NCBI GenBank assembly: GCA_951406725.2
Contig: OX597832.1
Coordinates: forward strand, 4,030,001-4,094,000
DNA from: Octopus vulgaris
Lineage: Eukaryota
DNA length: 64,000 nt
Direction: 5' to 3'
How positions within the stretch are numbered: position 1 is the first letter of the stretch; the number at the start of each line of letters is the position of its first letter. Made by a program: the position numbers and the translations under genes. Positions 39,141-52,924 of the stretch are shown here, piece by piece. Under the pieces are notes generated by a model. The model was given only the letters and a program-made list of their open reading frames with translations. It made no database searches and was not told the origin of the DNA.

Positions 39141-41365
39141 TCAGTAGTTCATATATCTGAAATAGAAGCAAAATGTTAGGATAGTAATATCTAGAAGGTT
39201 GTTTGTTATGAGCAGTCAGAGAGTGACCATACAGTTAAGCACCTTATGGAGTCATTCTGTTACCAGTCATTAAAAACAACCTTCTATATATATATATATA
39301 TATATATTGACACATATGTATGTACACATACACACACAGGCAGTAATCACATTGTTGCTCTATACCAAATGTCCATTTTTATTCTGATCAAAGTGTTTGT
39401 GCTGGTAGAAGCAAATAACACCAATCTTCTGGTTAGTTTACATTGCCCATATACTGAAGGGTTTTCAGTACAAAAATGGGGGTAGCTAATTGGTACTCTC
39501 TTCTATAGTTGCATTTCAGTGTCTCCATTTCTTATATTTTTTCAGAATTCTATCTTAATAAGTTTTTTCAATTATAATTCCATGATACTAAAATGGAGTC
39601 ATTACTATTGAAACAAAGAAAGTAATATTTCATTTAAAAAAATATCATTCATCTGTAAAATATTTATGAAATTAACAAAAGTATTTACTGTTTTATCCAG
39701 ATCCTTATTGATATGTTACAATATATTTTACTCTAGGCTGCCTTAGTAATTTTCCACAAGTTTTATTTCAGCTTTGAATTTTTTTTTCCAATGTTTCACA
39801 TGCGTTAGTGAAATGTAATGGTTGTCAAGAATTACATTGAAAACCAGACAAATCATTAGAGAGATAGCATTCTTTGAGTGTCAAAAGAAGTCTTGAGTAT
39901 CTATCTCAAATGTAGAAATTCCATATAATACTTTTCCATTGTTCCTATTCAGTAACATTTGAAGTGTTGATGGTAACTCACCTCATAAAATATTTAACAA
40001 CAGTCACTTCTATCTTTGATGTATAAACATAAAATGATATAATTCTAAAGGATATTTCATCAGATAACCATTATAAAACTCATTTCTGCTAGTGAACTTA
40101 CTGTGGATGGTATTCTACATATTTAATTTAAAAAGTTGTGAGACAGTCTTGATACAATTGCTTACAAAATGATAATAAAATGCTATATTAGAATAAATAA
40201 TAACATATTTTCTCAATAAAACACTCTGAAATAGTATTTAGCATATTATAAATAACAATAATTAGTTCTATATATTACCAACTTTCACATTTGTTCCGAA
40301 AATTTTGAATTAATTGATATAGCAGTCTTCACCTATTTTCTAACATTCATTCATACAAAACAAAATGCTTTCTTTTCCTAGATACTCTACTCCAGTTAAG
40401 AAACCCAATGAAAACTTATATTAATAAAAGGTAACAATAGATTAACACTTGGTGCTGTATTTTAATGATTGAAACAACTTGAATGCCTACTGAGTTTAGT
40501 GAGCACTGCAGATAAGGTAGTGGAATACTGATGGTTCTAATACCATCACTAGCATCGAATAGTAGCAAGGTCTCAATATAGTTTATAGTTATTCAGTTAG
40601 CTAGCAACAAGATACAACATCTTCAGGTAACTTGGGAAATAGGAAAAAGAAAAGAAAGCTTATTTGGTGGTGAGGTGGAGTTAAGAATAATGTTACCTGA
40701 CAATGAATACTTTTAGAAATTAGGAGATGTATTTTAGTTAGTGAATAGTTTCCAAAATATTAATATCAACATGAAAAAAAGTGCCACAGCATGGTCACAT
40801 TTCAATCATTGATACCTGTGAAAGAATAAAAGAACTAAATTTGACTCTTGCCAAAATATTCCCAACTTTGTAAAGCAATGTTTAATTTCACTCTTTACCA
40901 AAGCAATAGAATCTGACCTTGACAAAGGTGTTGCTTAAAACAAATCAAAATTTATCAATGCATTCATTTAAAGAATTCCTCTCACACTCATCAACTTTGT
41001 AACAGAGAAAATAACTTTAAACAAATATCTATAGAGCAGAACCAATAAAAAGTATATAAAAAATATAATTTCAAATACAACATAATGCTCAGTTTCTAAT
41101 GTATTAAAATCACTCATTTTCCAAATTTGTCAATGTAAAAATAACCAAGCATATGTCTATATAACATACATGTCTATATTTTCTAACCATACAATCATAC
41201 ACATATGTAAAGACGACTTACACTTGTGAAGCAAATTCAAATCTCTTATTTTCTATCTTTTCTGACAAGAAGCTACGAGATTAAAGACCGATTTGTTTGG
41301 AATATGAGAACACTAAGTTTGATTCCAAACTTGATGGTATCCTGTATTTTGCCATGCCTCTTTCA

Positions 41366-41446
<81 letters not shown>

Positions 41447-41488
41447 CATACATGCATTTTTAAATATACATATGTATGTATGTATGTA

Positions 41489-41702
41489 TAGGGGTGCTGA
41501 AAAGTTCCTTGCTTTGGGTAAAAGACAATACAGGAGGATCAGTTAATTTTGATTCTATTCAACATATTCCTCTCTTAGATTCACACACTTATTGCAGTGG
41601 TCCTTCAGTTTTTCTAAACCCTGTAAAAGAACTCGGAAAGCAGGGCCTCCAACCAGGCTCTTGCGATACCCTTGAAGCCAAGAACTTTTAATCACCCCCT
41701 CG
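41489..41702. mobile_element. Mariner-type MITE
   Basis: Imperfect TIRs ggggtgctgaaaagttccttgctt / aagccaagaacttttaatcacccc with TA flanks. A second, inverted copy lies at about 55294-55481. Confidence 0.75.
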
Positions 41703-42817
41703 TATGTATGTATGTATGTATGTATGTATGTATGTATGTATGTATGTATGTATGTATGTATGCATGCATGTATGTATGTGTGTGTGTGTGTGTGTGTGTA
41801 TGTGTGTATGTGTTTTTTTGATTCTACATTTGAAAACTTTATAAGAAACAAAGAATCATATACTTACATATTTATGTATTTTTAATTGTACTTGTGTATT
41901 TCTACATGTGGGGTATATAAGGGTGGATATTTAATAAACCTATTTCATTAATTCCATTTTGCTTCAAGGCCATTCACCTGGGTAGAATTTTCAAAAATGA
42001 TGTATAAATCAATATTTTTGACAGATGAACATATTGTGTATGTCTGTGTGCATGTGTGTATATGTTTAAAATCTCACAATTTCATTACTCAAGTAACAAA
42101 AGTGTGATATTTTAAATCCTAACATAATAAATATGCTCTCCCACACGCATCGAGTACTCTTTTTCTTGCTTAATATCCTATAACAATGTGCTCAGAGACT
42201 GATGTAATGCTTTGTGGTCATGCTTGAAGGAGTACATGTGCTAGTATAGTTGATTCTTAAGTGAGTTTACTGTCTTATATTGGTTTAATAGAGAACTCAA
42301 TTTAAAAATTAACTAGAGAAACACATGAATCCTTTCAAATACTGTCATAAAGAGAACACTATATCACTCTCACTATATTACTTTTAGCAATAGAAAAACA
42401 GCAATGAATTTACTGGCATTGCATGAGCTGTTTAAGACTGAACCAAACCTATAAATACCAGGTCAAAATGGTCAAACTTTTGTTTGAGTGAAAAATATAA
42501 TTACCGTAATGATATTTTGAGATGATATGATGTAATACAATATGATGTTGATTTGATATGAATTATGAAAAGAAATTATCATAAACCACTTCAAACCAAT
42601 AAGGAAAGGAAATAAAGAGTTGATGTCAACCTGCAGGCAGAGTATGAAGTTTTAACTATCTCTTTTTGGAGCAACTGACAAAGCACCAGTGACATTATAA
42701 ATCAAGTTACAAGCTACTTTATTAACTTTTACTTCAAGAACTACAGCAGATTCCACCTGAGATTGTTGTGTCCAAATTCATGGATATGAGCATGAAACTA
42801 TGATAAGGAAGCACCTA

Positions 42818-44069
42818 TCAGGTCATTAAGAATGAAATGTCTGATTTTGAACTGAAAGTTTATTTTACTTTATCTCAACAAAAAGCAATGCAGTTAATCA
42901 AAGTATGCACCTAAATTATCAACACAATTTTGCCATTTTATCAATAGCTTATTTATGCTGGCAGCAAAGAATTCTGGAGAGCAAGAGGTGATGAAATCAC
43001 AAAAGGCTCTTTTTGCATCTTTTTTCCTTGCAAAAAGTTGTCTAATGCCTGGAAAACATGATAGTCAGTTAGTGCAAGTCCAGTGAATAAGGTTGGTGAC
43101 AGAGTATTTCCAAGTTCAGTTCCTGTAACTTGAGTAGCATTCTTTGTGCAACATGTGGTCAAACATTATCTTGCAAGAGAATTGGCCTGTTTCTATTGGC
43201 CAATCTCAGTTGTTTAATGGCAAGTTCACTCATTATTTCATCCAGTTGGTTGATGTATACATTCGCTATAATTGACTTTCCAGGTCTCATGAAGCTAAAG
43301 TGGATGACACCAGTCCAGCACCAAACAGACGCGATTAGCTTTTTTGGTGAATATTCTTTTTTGGATTGTGTTTTAACACTTCGTCTCTCTGCAACCACCA
43401 TGCAGAACACTTGCTATTGTTGGAAAGAATCCATTTTTCATCATACATAACAATACGACACAAAAATGGTTCACTTTTATGCCATGAGAGCAAGTTTCAA
43501 GACAAGGTTTCATTTGATGCTCATTCATTTTGTGTGGTACCCACTTGTCCAGCTTCTTTACCTTGCCAATTTGTTTCAGATGATCTAATACAGTTGAAAT
43601 TGAAACATCAAATTTTGCTGCTAACTCATGTGTAGTTTGAGATGTATCCACTTCCACTACAGTTTCCAGCTCATCATTATTCACTTTGGTCTCATGTCTA
43701 CCACAGGACTGATTTTCAAGAGTAAAGTCACCAGAATGGAACTTCTGAAACCATTGATGTACAGTGTTGTTTATGAATATGAGTTCCATTGACGTACAGT
43801 GCTCTCACTTGCTATATCTTCACCATTGATGTTTTGAGCTGTCTGGGATGCATTGGTTCCATGATGGAACTCATATTCATAAACAACACAAATTTTTTAT
43901 CTATCCATGGATTCACAAAAATTGATTTACAAGAGAAAAATCACAATATAATCAGACACCATAAATTACATTTTTGAAAAGTGATAATGTAACTCTTCAA
44001 TGTTATAAAACAAAGAATTGTCAGGACTTGGTGCATAAGAAAATCAGACATTTCATTCTTAATAACCTG

Positions 44070-44070
<1 letters not shown>
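42818..44070 (-). mobile_element. Near full-length decayed mariner transposon
   Basis: About 31-bp TIRs tcaggtcattaagaatgaaatgtctgatttt / aaaatcagacatttcattcttaataacctga with TA flanks. WVPH, LLQDN and TDYHVF motifs, frameshifted. Confidence 0.93.
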
Positions 44071-44101
<31 letters not shown>

Positions 44102-44539
44102 CATCATCATCATCATCGTTTAATGTCTGTTTTCCATGCTAGCATAGGTTGGACGGTTTGGCTGGGGTCTGGGAAGCCAGGAGGCTGCACCAGGCCCCAA
44201 TCTGATCTGGCAGTGTTTCTACAGCTGGATGCCCTTTCTAACACCAACCACTCCAAGAGTGTAGTGGGTGTTTTTACATACCGCCGGCACAGGGGTCAGA
44301 GGAGCTGGCATCGAACACAAACAGATGGTGCTTTTTACATGCCACCGGCATGGAAGCCAATCAAGTATAAAGAATGTATTAGATTTACGCTTAGAAAAAG
44401 TAAAAATAATTTTTTTTTGTTTTGTGCATATGCTGACCTGCCAACATTTTATTCCAGATTGAAGGAGAGCTGTAACAGCACTTTGAACACATGCTACTAA
44501 ACACTGCTTCCCACAGCTGATTAGTTTGCAGAATGCAGT

Positions 44540-45045
44540 CAGAACATGAAGACAATTGGAAGTTCCTGATGCCATAAAGTTTTGTGTTTAACTGGGCAAA
44601 AATGCTACAGAAACTTATGAAATGCTCCAGGCTGTTTATGGATTAACTTGTAGGAGCTGAGCAGCAGTTTTTCATTGACACAAGAGGCCAGGCAAAACAA
44701 ATGCATATGTTTGACAGCAAGGGAATCATCTACATCCACTGGATTCCCTCTGGCCTGAAGGTCAACAAAGAGTACTTGAGGGAATTCAGGAAGAGATTTC
44801 ATCACAAAATCCAGCACATGCACCAGGACAATGTGTCAATCTGCAATTCCATTCTGGTTACCAAACACTTGAGAGACATGGACATCAAGACTGTCCCTTA
44901 CCTTCCTCACAGTCCAGACTTGGGTCCTGGACACCTTTACTTTGGAGATCTTCCATGGGGGCCTTCATGAAGTAGCTGGAGTGCTACAACAAGTGCATTG
45001 AAGTCAGAAAACTTATTTTGAAGTAGATTAGAATTTTGTACTTCT
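44540..45045 (+). mobile_element. Mariner transposase fragment
   Basis: FDSKGIIYIHWIPSGLKVNKEY...HQDN...LPHSPDL motifs. Confidence 0.8.
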
Positions 45046-45879
45046 TTCATCATCATCATCGTTTAACGTCTGCTTTCCATGCTAGCATGGGTTGGACGGT
45101 TTGACTGGGGACCAGTGCACCAGATGGCTGCACCAGGTTCCAATCTGATCTGGCAGAGTTTCTACAGCTGGATGCCCTTCCTAACGCCAACCACTCCAAG
45201 AGTGTAGTGGGTGCTTTTACATGCCACTGGCACAGGGGCCAGTCAGTGGCCCTGGCAAACAATCACACTCGGATGGTGCTCTTAGCACTCCTCTAGCATG
45301 GATGTCAGTCATGCAGTGCTGTCATTGAGTTTGATTTCAGAAATTAATAAATGTCCCTCCTGTTAAAGGGTTTCAAAACAACTGGAGTGCACCTTGTGTA
45401 TATATCTTTCATCTTTTACTTATTTCAGTCATTTGACTGTGGACCATGCTGGAACACTGCTTTGAAGGGTTTTAATCAAACAAATCAACCTCAGGACTTA
45501 TTTGTTTTAAGCCTAGTACTCATTCTATCAACTCTCTTTTGCCAAACTGCTAAGTTATGGGGACATAAACACATCAACATCAACTGTCAAGTGGTGGTTG
45601 TGGGGTGGAGTGGGGAACAGACACACACACACATATATGACCACTTGACAATGGAGAATCCTAAAGAAGAACAGTCTTAGTCTTAGCTTCTCTCAGACCC
45701 ATGGTGTATTGCACAAAGACAAATTTCACCCAGTACAACCACAACTCCTTTCATGATTCTGCACCCACTCAGGCCCCTATCTGCCTAGTCCCTCTTCTGC
45801 AGACTTCAACTATGTCTTTACAGATCTGCCTCACTTTTTACACCCCTTTTCTTGCATCTATTTGAGAAAAGCTCTCACA

Positions 45880-46375
45880 GGGTATGTGCAGAACATAATG
45901 AAGTATCTTCTGCCATCTATAATCTTTCCAAGACTTCATTTGTAATGTGGTCATGCCAAGAAAATCTTATAAACTAAAGACGTCTGGGAAAACATCTACA
46001 GTTGTATGCATTCATTTAATTTTTTTCCAAATTTTGTAGGTGTATGTCAGTTGTCATGAGGATAGATGTATATAGGTGAAGTTTGGTGCAGTGGTTGATG
46101 AAGGTGCAGGAAGACAATTGCAGCTTTGAATCTCTTCACATCACACCCTGTGCATTCTGTCAAAGGTCTTCTTGAAGTCGATGAAGTAGACTATAAGCAG
46201 CTGCTGGCACTTGCAATTCAACTTGACATTGCAGAACCTGAGGATTATTTTTCACAACCTTCTGCTCCTAAATTTCAACGATTCTTCTCAGAAATGTTCA
46301 TCAACCACCATTTTCAGGCAGGTAATGAAAACACTGAAGGACATTTTGTCAGGGACGGACAACTGGATTAATCTA
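45880..46375 (-). mobile_element. Decayed RTE-like RT fragment (different family)
   Basis: Minus strand contains an FIDFK(K)AFDRV-like motif at about 46155-46190 amid frameshifts. Confidence 0.55.
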
Positions 46376-46763
46376 CATGTTGCTGCAGTCACTTAGAGCT
46401 TCTTTCCCAGGCAATGCTACAATCACTCTGTCCACTCACAGCTTCAATGACTTACTCTTCTTACCATATTAAGTCGCAAAGATATTTAAACTTTATTGCT
46501 GGAACATCACCATGTTTAAGCAGTCGCCTTGTCTAGCCCTGTAATGTTGTTCAACAAGGAATGGGTTTTGGTGGTGTTAAGATGTTCTCAACTGTCACCT
46601 GTCAACACTTGTCCAACAGAGTATTCCTTTAACTTTGCAATATCAAGATTTTGAAATGAATATTCTGCTTTTAATTTTGGAGCACACTTTGAACTTCAGT
46701 TTAGCTTGTTTAAGCTTATAACCTGTATTAAATATTGTATGTCTTAAAAACATGGACATCATT

Positions 46764-47608
46764 CATCATCGTTTAACGTCCGCTTTCTGTGCTAGCATGG
46801 GTTAGACAATTTGACTGAGGTCTGGCGAACCAGATGGCTGCACCAGGCTCCAATCTGATCTGGCAGAGTTTCTACAGCTGGATGCCCTTCCTAATGCCAA
46901 CCACTCCGAGAGTGTAGTGGGTGCTTTTACATGGCACAAGGGCCAGTCAGGTGGTACCGGCAATGGCCACGCTCAAATGGTGCTTTTTACGTGCCACCTG
47001 TACAGGAACCAGTCCAGCGACACTGGCAATGACCTCGCTCAAATGTTTTTTCACGTGCCACCAGCACAAGTGCCAGTAAGGCAACACAGGTAATGATCAT
47101 GCTCGAATGGTGTTTTTTACATGTCACTGGCATGGAGGCCAGCTTGTTGCTCTGGCAACGATCACACTCGTATGGTGCTCTTTGTGCTCCACTAGCACGG
47201 ATGCCAGTCATCAAATTTGATTTTGATTTTGATTTCATCTGCCTCAACAGGTCTTCGCAAGCAGAGTTTAGTGTCCAATGAAGGAAAGGTATGCATAAGT
47301 GGGCTGGTTACACCCCTGGCATAGGCCACAAGGTTATGGTCACACTTGAGCTTGCCAAGTCTTCTCAAGCACAGCATATTTCCAAAGGTCCTGGTCACTA
47401 GTCATTGCCTGAGGCCCAATGTTCGAAGGTCATGCTTCACCACCTCATCCCAGGTCTACCTCTTCCACAGGTTCCCTCAACCGCTAGGGTGTGGCACTTT
47501 TTCACACAGCTATCCACATCCATTCTTGCCACATGGCCATACCAGTGCAGTCGTCTCTCTTTCACACTACATCTGATGCTTCTTAGGTCCAACTTTTCTC
47601 TCAGGGTA
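46764..47608 (-). mobile_element. 5'-truncated RTE LINE
   Basis: RRLHWYGHVARMD...GRGRP and the same 3'UTR and tail as the other copies. Confidence 0.88.
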
Positions 47609-48527
47609 CTAATCCTTCTTGTTAAAACATAATTGTTCATGTACCATTTTTTGGAACCTGTACCTCTTTAGATTCACAAAAAGTATTACAAATTTTATTA
47701 GTACATACAATTTTAGCAAGATTAATATACAGAGAGGGGATTCATTAGTAACTAAATGAGTGTATATGAAGGTGCTGAATAACTAAATAGGTTTAGTCAT
47801 AGCATATTGTACGGACCATGACTATTAGCACTCTTACAACACCTACATAAACAAATGGATAAGAGATAAGTTGGAAACAGTCTTAAGTTTTCAAAATTTT
47901 GTTGTTTCAAGAAATTGATATTTCACAATGTCTATTAAGTAATGCAGCCTTGGCTATGAGCATTTCATAAGTTTCTGTAATACAAAGGTCAGACTTCTGT
48001 TGTTCATGTAAGATTTAGCAATGATGAGGATTTTCTAATTTAAGGTGTAGGGTCTATTTTTATTCTTCAGTTCCAAAATATAAGCTGAAAATAATGAGGA
48101 TTTGCTTCTAGTGAAATGTGTACAAATCAAGATGTGCTGATTTTATTAAAATTTGAAATGATTGACAATGGAACTGATGTAGAGTTATATGAAGTTAGTT
48201 GTTGTATATTACATTGATACACTATACAAGGTGCATTCGTAAAGTATCTGACTTTATTTTTTCCTGCCAAAATTAATGCCAAGTAGGCAAAATCCTTTGG
48301 GTGGAAAATGACACAACCCTTTCTACAGGGTGTGAAAATTTTCATGTCACTACAGATGTGTAATGTGCACTCATCAGATTCTCACTTTAATCAAGTTAAT
48401 GAGTCTCATCAACGGATCATTATTAAAATTTGTTTTATGATATTTGAAAGTCTACTCAGAGTCTGTGTCCAAATCAGATGTAAGCCTGTATCTATGAGTA
48501 ATAATTTCATTCAGCATATACCATGAT

Positions 48528-48563
<36 letters not shown>

Positions 48564-48691
48564 TGTAACAGAATTTGAAACAAGACAATTATGCATCATA
48601 TTATTTTTGGTTTTATCATGACGCACACAGACTAAACAGTAATGTCACATTTCCTGAATTTTTCTGCTTAATCAAGATTAAAATGTGTTGT

Positions 48692-50653
48692 TCATCATCA
48701 TCAACATCGTTGTGTAACGTCAGATTTCCTTGCTGGCATGGGTTGGACGGTTTGACTGAGGGCTGGCAAGCCAGAAGGCTGCACCAGGCTCCAATCTGAT
48801 CTGGCAAAGTTTCTACAGCTAGATGCCCTTCCTAACGCCAATCACTCTGAGAGTGTAATGGGTGCTTTTACGTGCCACCGGCATGAGGGCCAGTCAGGCA
48901 GTACTGATACTGACCATGCTCAAATGGTGATTTTTACAATGGTGCTTTTTACATTCCACCACCACGGGAATCAGTCAGGCAGCACCGGCAATGACCACGC
49001 TCAAATGGTGCTTTTTACGTGCCACTGGCACCAGTCAGGCACCACTGGCATTGACCACACTTGAATGGTGCTTTCTATGTGCCACCAGCACAGGTACCAA
49101 TCAAGCAGTACTGGCATCAGCCATGACAATGACATCATTTGACTCAACAGGTCTTCGCAAGCACAATTTATTGTCCAATGATTGAAGGGTACTCTTAAAT
49201 GGGCCGGTTATGCTGCATTTGCATAGGTCACTGGTATGGTCTCACTTGGCTTGCCAGGTCTTCTTAAGCACAGCATACCTTCAAAAGTTTTGGTCACTTG
49301 TCATCGTCTCCATGAGGACCAACAGTCAAAGGTTGTGCTTCACCACCTCATCTCAGGTCTTCCTGGGTCTACCTCTTCCACAGGTTCCCTCTCTGCTGGG
49401 TGTGACACTTTTTCACACAGCTGTCCTTATCCATATGCAACACATGACCATACTAGCGCAGTCGTCTCTTGCACACCACATCTGATGCTTCTTATATCCA
49501 ACTTTTCTCTCAGGGTGCTTACACTCTGTTGTGTATGCACACTGACATTACACAACCAGCGGAGCATACTAGCTTCATTTTTTGCATGCTTACGCATATC
49601 CTCAGCAGTCACAGCATGTTTCACTGCCATGTAGCATGGCTGTTCGCACACATGCATCATACAGTCTACCTTTTACTCTGAGTGAGGGGCCCTTCGTCAC
49701 CAGCAGAGTAGGAGCTCTCTGAACTTTGCCCAGACTATTCTTATTCTAGCAGCTACACTCTCAGAGCATCCACCCCCACTAGAGACTTGGTCACCTAGGT
49801 AACAGAAGCTATCAACTACTTGTAGTTTTTTCCCTGGCATATGATGGAAGCTGTTTTCTGCACAAAAACTGTCTTCTCAGACTTCCTTTGTTATTGCTGC
49901 ACCTCTTATGTGTCCATAGCTTACACAGGGTACATCTTATGGAGTTTCTACCTATGCTTTTTCTACAGATCTACCTGAAGGGATATGCGATTTGTCTGCC
50001 TTCCTTCTTAAGACTTTGGTTTTTGTTAGATTGACTCTAAGGCCCATCGATTCTAGACCTTGCTTCCACACCTGAAACTTCTCCTCTAGTTCTGATAGTG
50101 TCTCAGCTATTAGAGCTAGGTCATCAGCATAGAGAAGCTCCCCGGGGCATCCTGTCTTGAATTCCTCTGTTATTGCCTGGAGGACTATGATGAATAAGAG
50201 GGGGATGAAGACTGATCCTTGGTGGACCACTACCTGAAATTCTTTACTATACTCATTGCCAACCCTCACCTCACTGACAGCATCCCTGCCCATGGCTTGT
50301 ACATAGTTTCCGCATTGACCACCAGATAAGAGATCGGGGGACCCTGTCAAAGGCTTTCTCCAGGTACAGAGGTTTATCTTTGGCTAGGTATTTCTCTCTC
50401 TCCCTAATCAGTTGGGCTATGACCTTCTCCGTGATTTTCATTACCTGATCCAACACCTTGATACCTCTGTAATTATTCGTATCTTTGTAGCAGTTGACTA
50501 TGGTGCTGCTACACCAGTCATTGGGTATGACTTCTTCATGTATCACGTGACTGACTATACGGGTGACTAGACTACAACCGTCACCACCAGATATTTTAAG
50601 CATCTCTGTGGTGATTCCTGATGGGTCAGGAGCTTTCCCTGTCTTCATACCCT
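48692..50653 (-). mobile_element. RTE-clade LINE, 3' part (reverse transcriptase, 3'UTR with internal tandem repeats, (GAT)n tail)
   Basis: NYRGIKVL, LEKAFDRVP, VHQGSV and LLYADDLAL RT motifs. Tail reads catcatcatc on + at about 48693. Confidence 0.92.
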
Positions 50654-52924
50654 TGTAACGAACTTAGAGAGTGAAAATATCTTCTCTTGTACTTTCGGGG
50701 TACAAGAAAGCAATCACTAGCCGTTGCTTTAATAATCCAGATTCTCTACCAGTCAGAAACAACAAGACGCAGACGTAAAAGATATATATACTACTTTATT
50801 CTCTTTCTTGGTAACAGTAACAATAAGTGTGTTATCTGATGTCCTTGGTTCTGGGCGCGCAAGGCTGAAAGTTAATCGATTGTAATATTTACAATGTTCA
50901 GCCGCTAAAACAGAACGGGGTTAAAGATGGCGTCGAACAATGGAGATGATGTTGGTCTGCAACAATTTGGTTAAAGGCCTTTTGGTAAGGACTGCTAGAA
51001 GCAAGTTCGAACGGAGAGAAAATATGCGTGACCGCCGCCTTCAATCGCTGCCGTCCCAAGTCGCCGCTGCTGCTGCCAGCGGTCAAACGTTCTACGGCCC
51101 CCTTGCCTCACTAACTGCTACGTAGGCAATAGGGTTCTTCTTCCAGTGGTTCGCGCATGCGCGAGAGGGCCCTTCCTCTCTCTGCCTTGGTAAAGGCACC
51201 AACACACGCGAAATACAAATGGACGGTGCGCGAGCGCGCGCCGTTATAGGATCACTACAAGGCTCCCCTCCAGTGCGTACGCACGAAAGGAAACTTATTG
51301 TAGTGACTGCAAAACTCAAGGTGGACACCAGATAACCAAATAGCACACAATAATATAATGGCAAAATTTATAACATACACAAGAAATTTACTAAAGGAAA
51401 AAGAGAAAAAATACTCAATGAGCAAAAATCAAGAGTGCATGCATGAAAGTGTATACGTCACAAAGTATAGAGCCTTCCGCTGTAGGAAGCGGAGGGAAAG
51501 CAAAACTCACAGTCAATGAACCTAGGCGAAATTAAATCCAACTTCTCTAAAGGTGGTTAATCCTGCAAAATAGCAGTTAAATCAATTGCTGCAGGAGAGG
51601 AAATGGAATTGACAGAAGCTCGCTAGTAACACAAAAGGCAAAAGTGCAAACATGCTGGTGTGATGCGCGACACAGATAATTTTCTGTTAATTACGTGACC
51701 AACAGTGGTCTAACAGGGAAAAATAATTACGCCTAAACATGGCGCAGCGCATGTGAACATCCGACTTTTTATGAGTCGGGAAAAGAATTAAGCTACTGCA
51801 AACGTGTTGCAAAAAACAAGGCAATACACGTGCGAAGCAATGGCGCATGAAATGCAATAGAGCTTGCCAGACCGAAAAAACAGCAATGAATATGCCAGTG
51901 GTTGAGCGATTATATGCTTCGTTCGTATAGGAACAAAAGTATGACATGCTGGCGCGTTATAATGGACAAACAACCCTCTCTATGTATACGTGACCGCTAG
52001 GGTCTATAGAAATGAGGGGTGTCCACAAAAGGCAAATTTAGCATGGAAAAAAACAAGCGAGAAAAGCATGTGTGACGTATGTATGTGAGAGATAGCATTT
52101 ATGTGTGTGTACGTGTGTGCGACAAAAATACATACAAGGTGAATGTGAGCAAAAAAATAAATACAGCGCATAGAAAAAAATCTCTCTCAAGGCCATCCCA
52201 GACTAGAGTTAGTTTACCAGTCTGCAATAGCCTGATGCACAATAGCAGTTCGTTCTGTAACAGAAATGTTGAAATCACAAAATGCAGATGCCGGTTGAAC
52301 ACAATGTGTAGCGGTTGTAGCTTCAATGCTGTGACAGGTTAAATCGTTACAGAAAAATCTCGTAGATAGACAGTGCTGTTTATCCTTGGTGTGCATATGC
52401 ACCAAACAGCGTGCACGCTAAAGTTCCGCGAGTTGCTATGTACATCTTGTGGAGGTCGACGGTGTTGAAAGGCGACGGTGGTGGTGGCGACTGTAGTGGA
52501 CTTGAGACAACATCGTTCTTAGTGATGATGGCGACGAAGATAACGACGACGTGAAGTAGAAAGACGACGATGGCGATGACGAAGGTGGAGAAAAGGCATC
52601 GATGATGTGATGGCATTCGTCATATTGGCTGTAGAATAAGAAAGAGGCTCCTTCTACAACTGTTTGTGGTGGCCGGAAACAAATCGTCGAAAGATGATGA
52701 CTGCGTAGAGTTAAATCGTGTTCCGACTTCGCAGAAAAACTGGATTTCTTTGTTGTTAAGTGATCTCTGGTTTTAGACCAGAATCACGTCGAGGGGTCAC
52801 CACTGTAACGAATATGTGAGTGTGAGTGTGAGTGAATATCTTCTCTCTGCCTTGGTAAAGGCACCAACACGCGCGAAATACAAATGGACGGTGCGCGAGC
52901 GCGCGCCGTTATAGGATCACTATA
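50654..52924 (-). mobile_element. Non-autonomous LTR retrotransposon (probably Gypsy-derived) nested in an RTE LINE
   Basis: LTR 50654-51259 (TG...CA) and an internally deleted LTR 52804-52924. 4-bp TSD CCCT at 50650-50653 and 52925-52928. Minus-strand PBS TGGTGACCCCtcGACGTGAT at 52802-52783 and polypurine tract GGAGGGGAGCCT at 51271-51260. No gag/pol recognisable in the 1.54-kb interior. Confidence 0.9.

Noticed and set aside
52380-52625. Short hydrophobic or Arg/His-rich ORFs inside the LTR element interior
   Set aside because: They arise from (CGT/CAT)-rich low-complexity sequence and show no recognisable domain.
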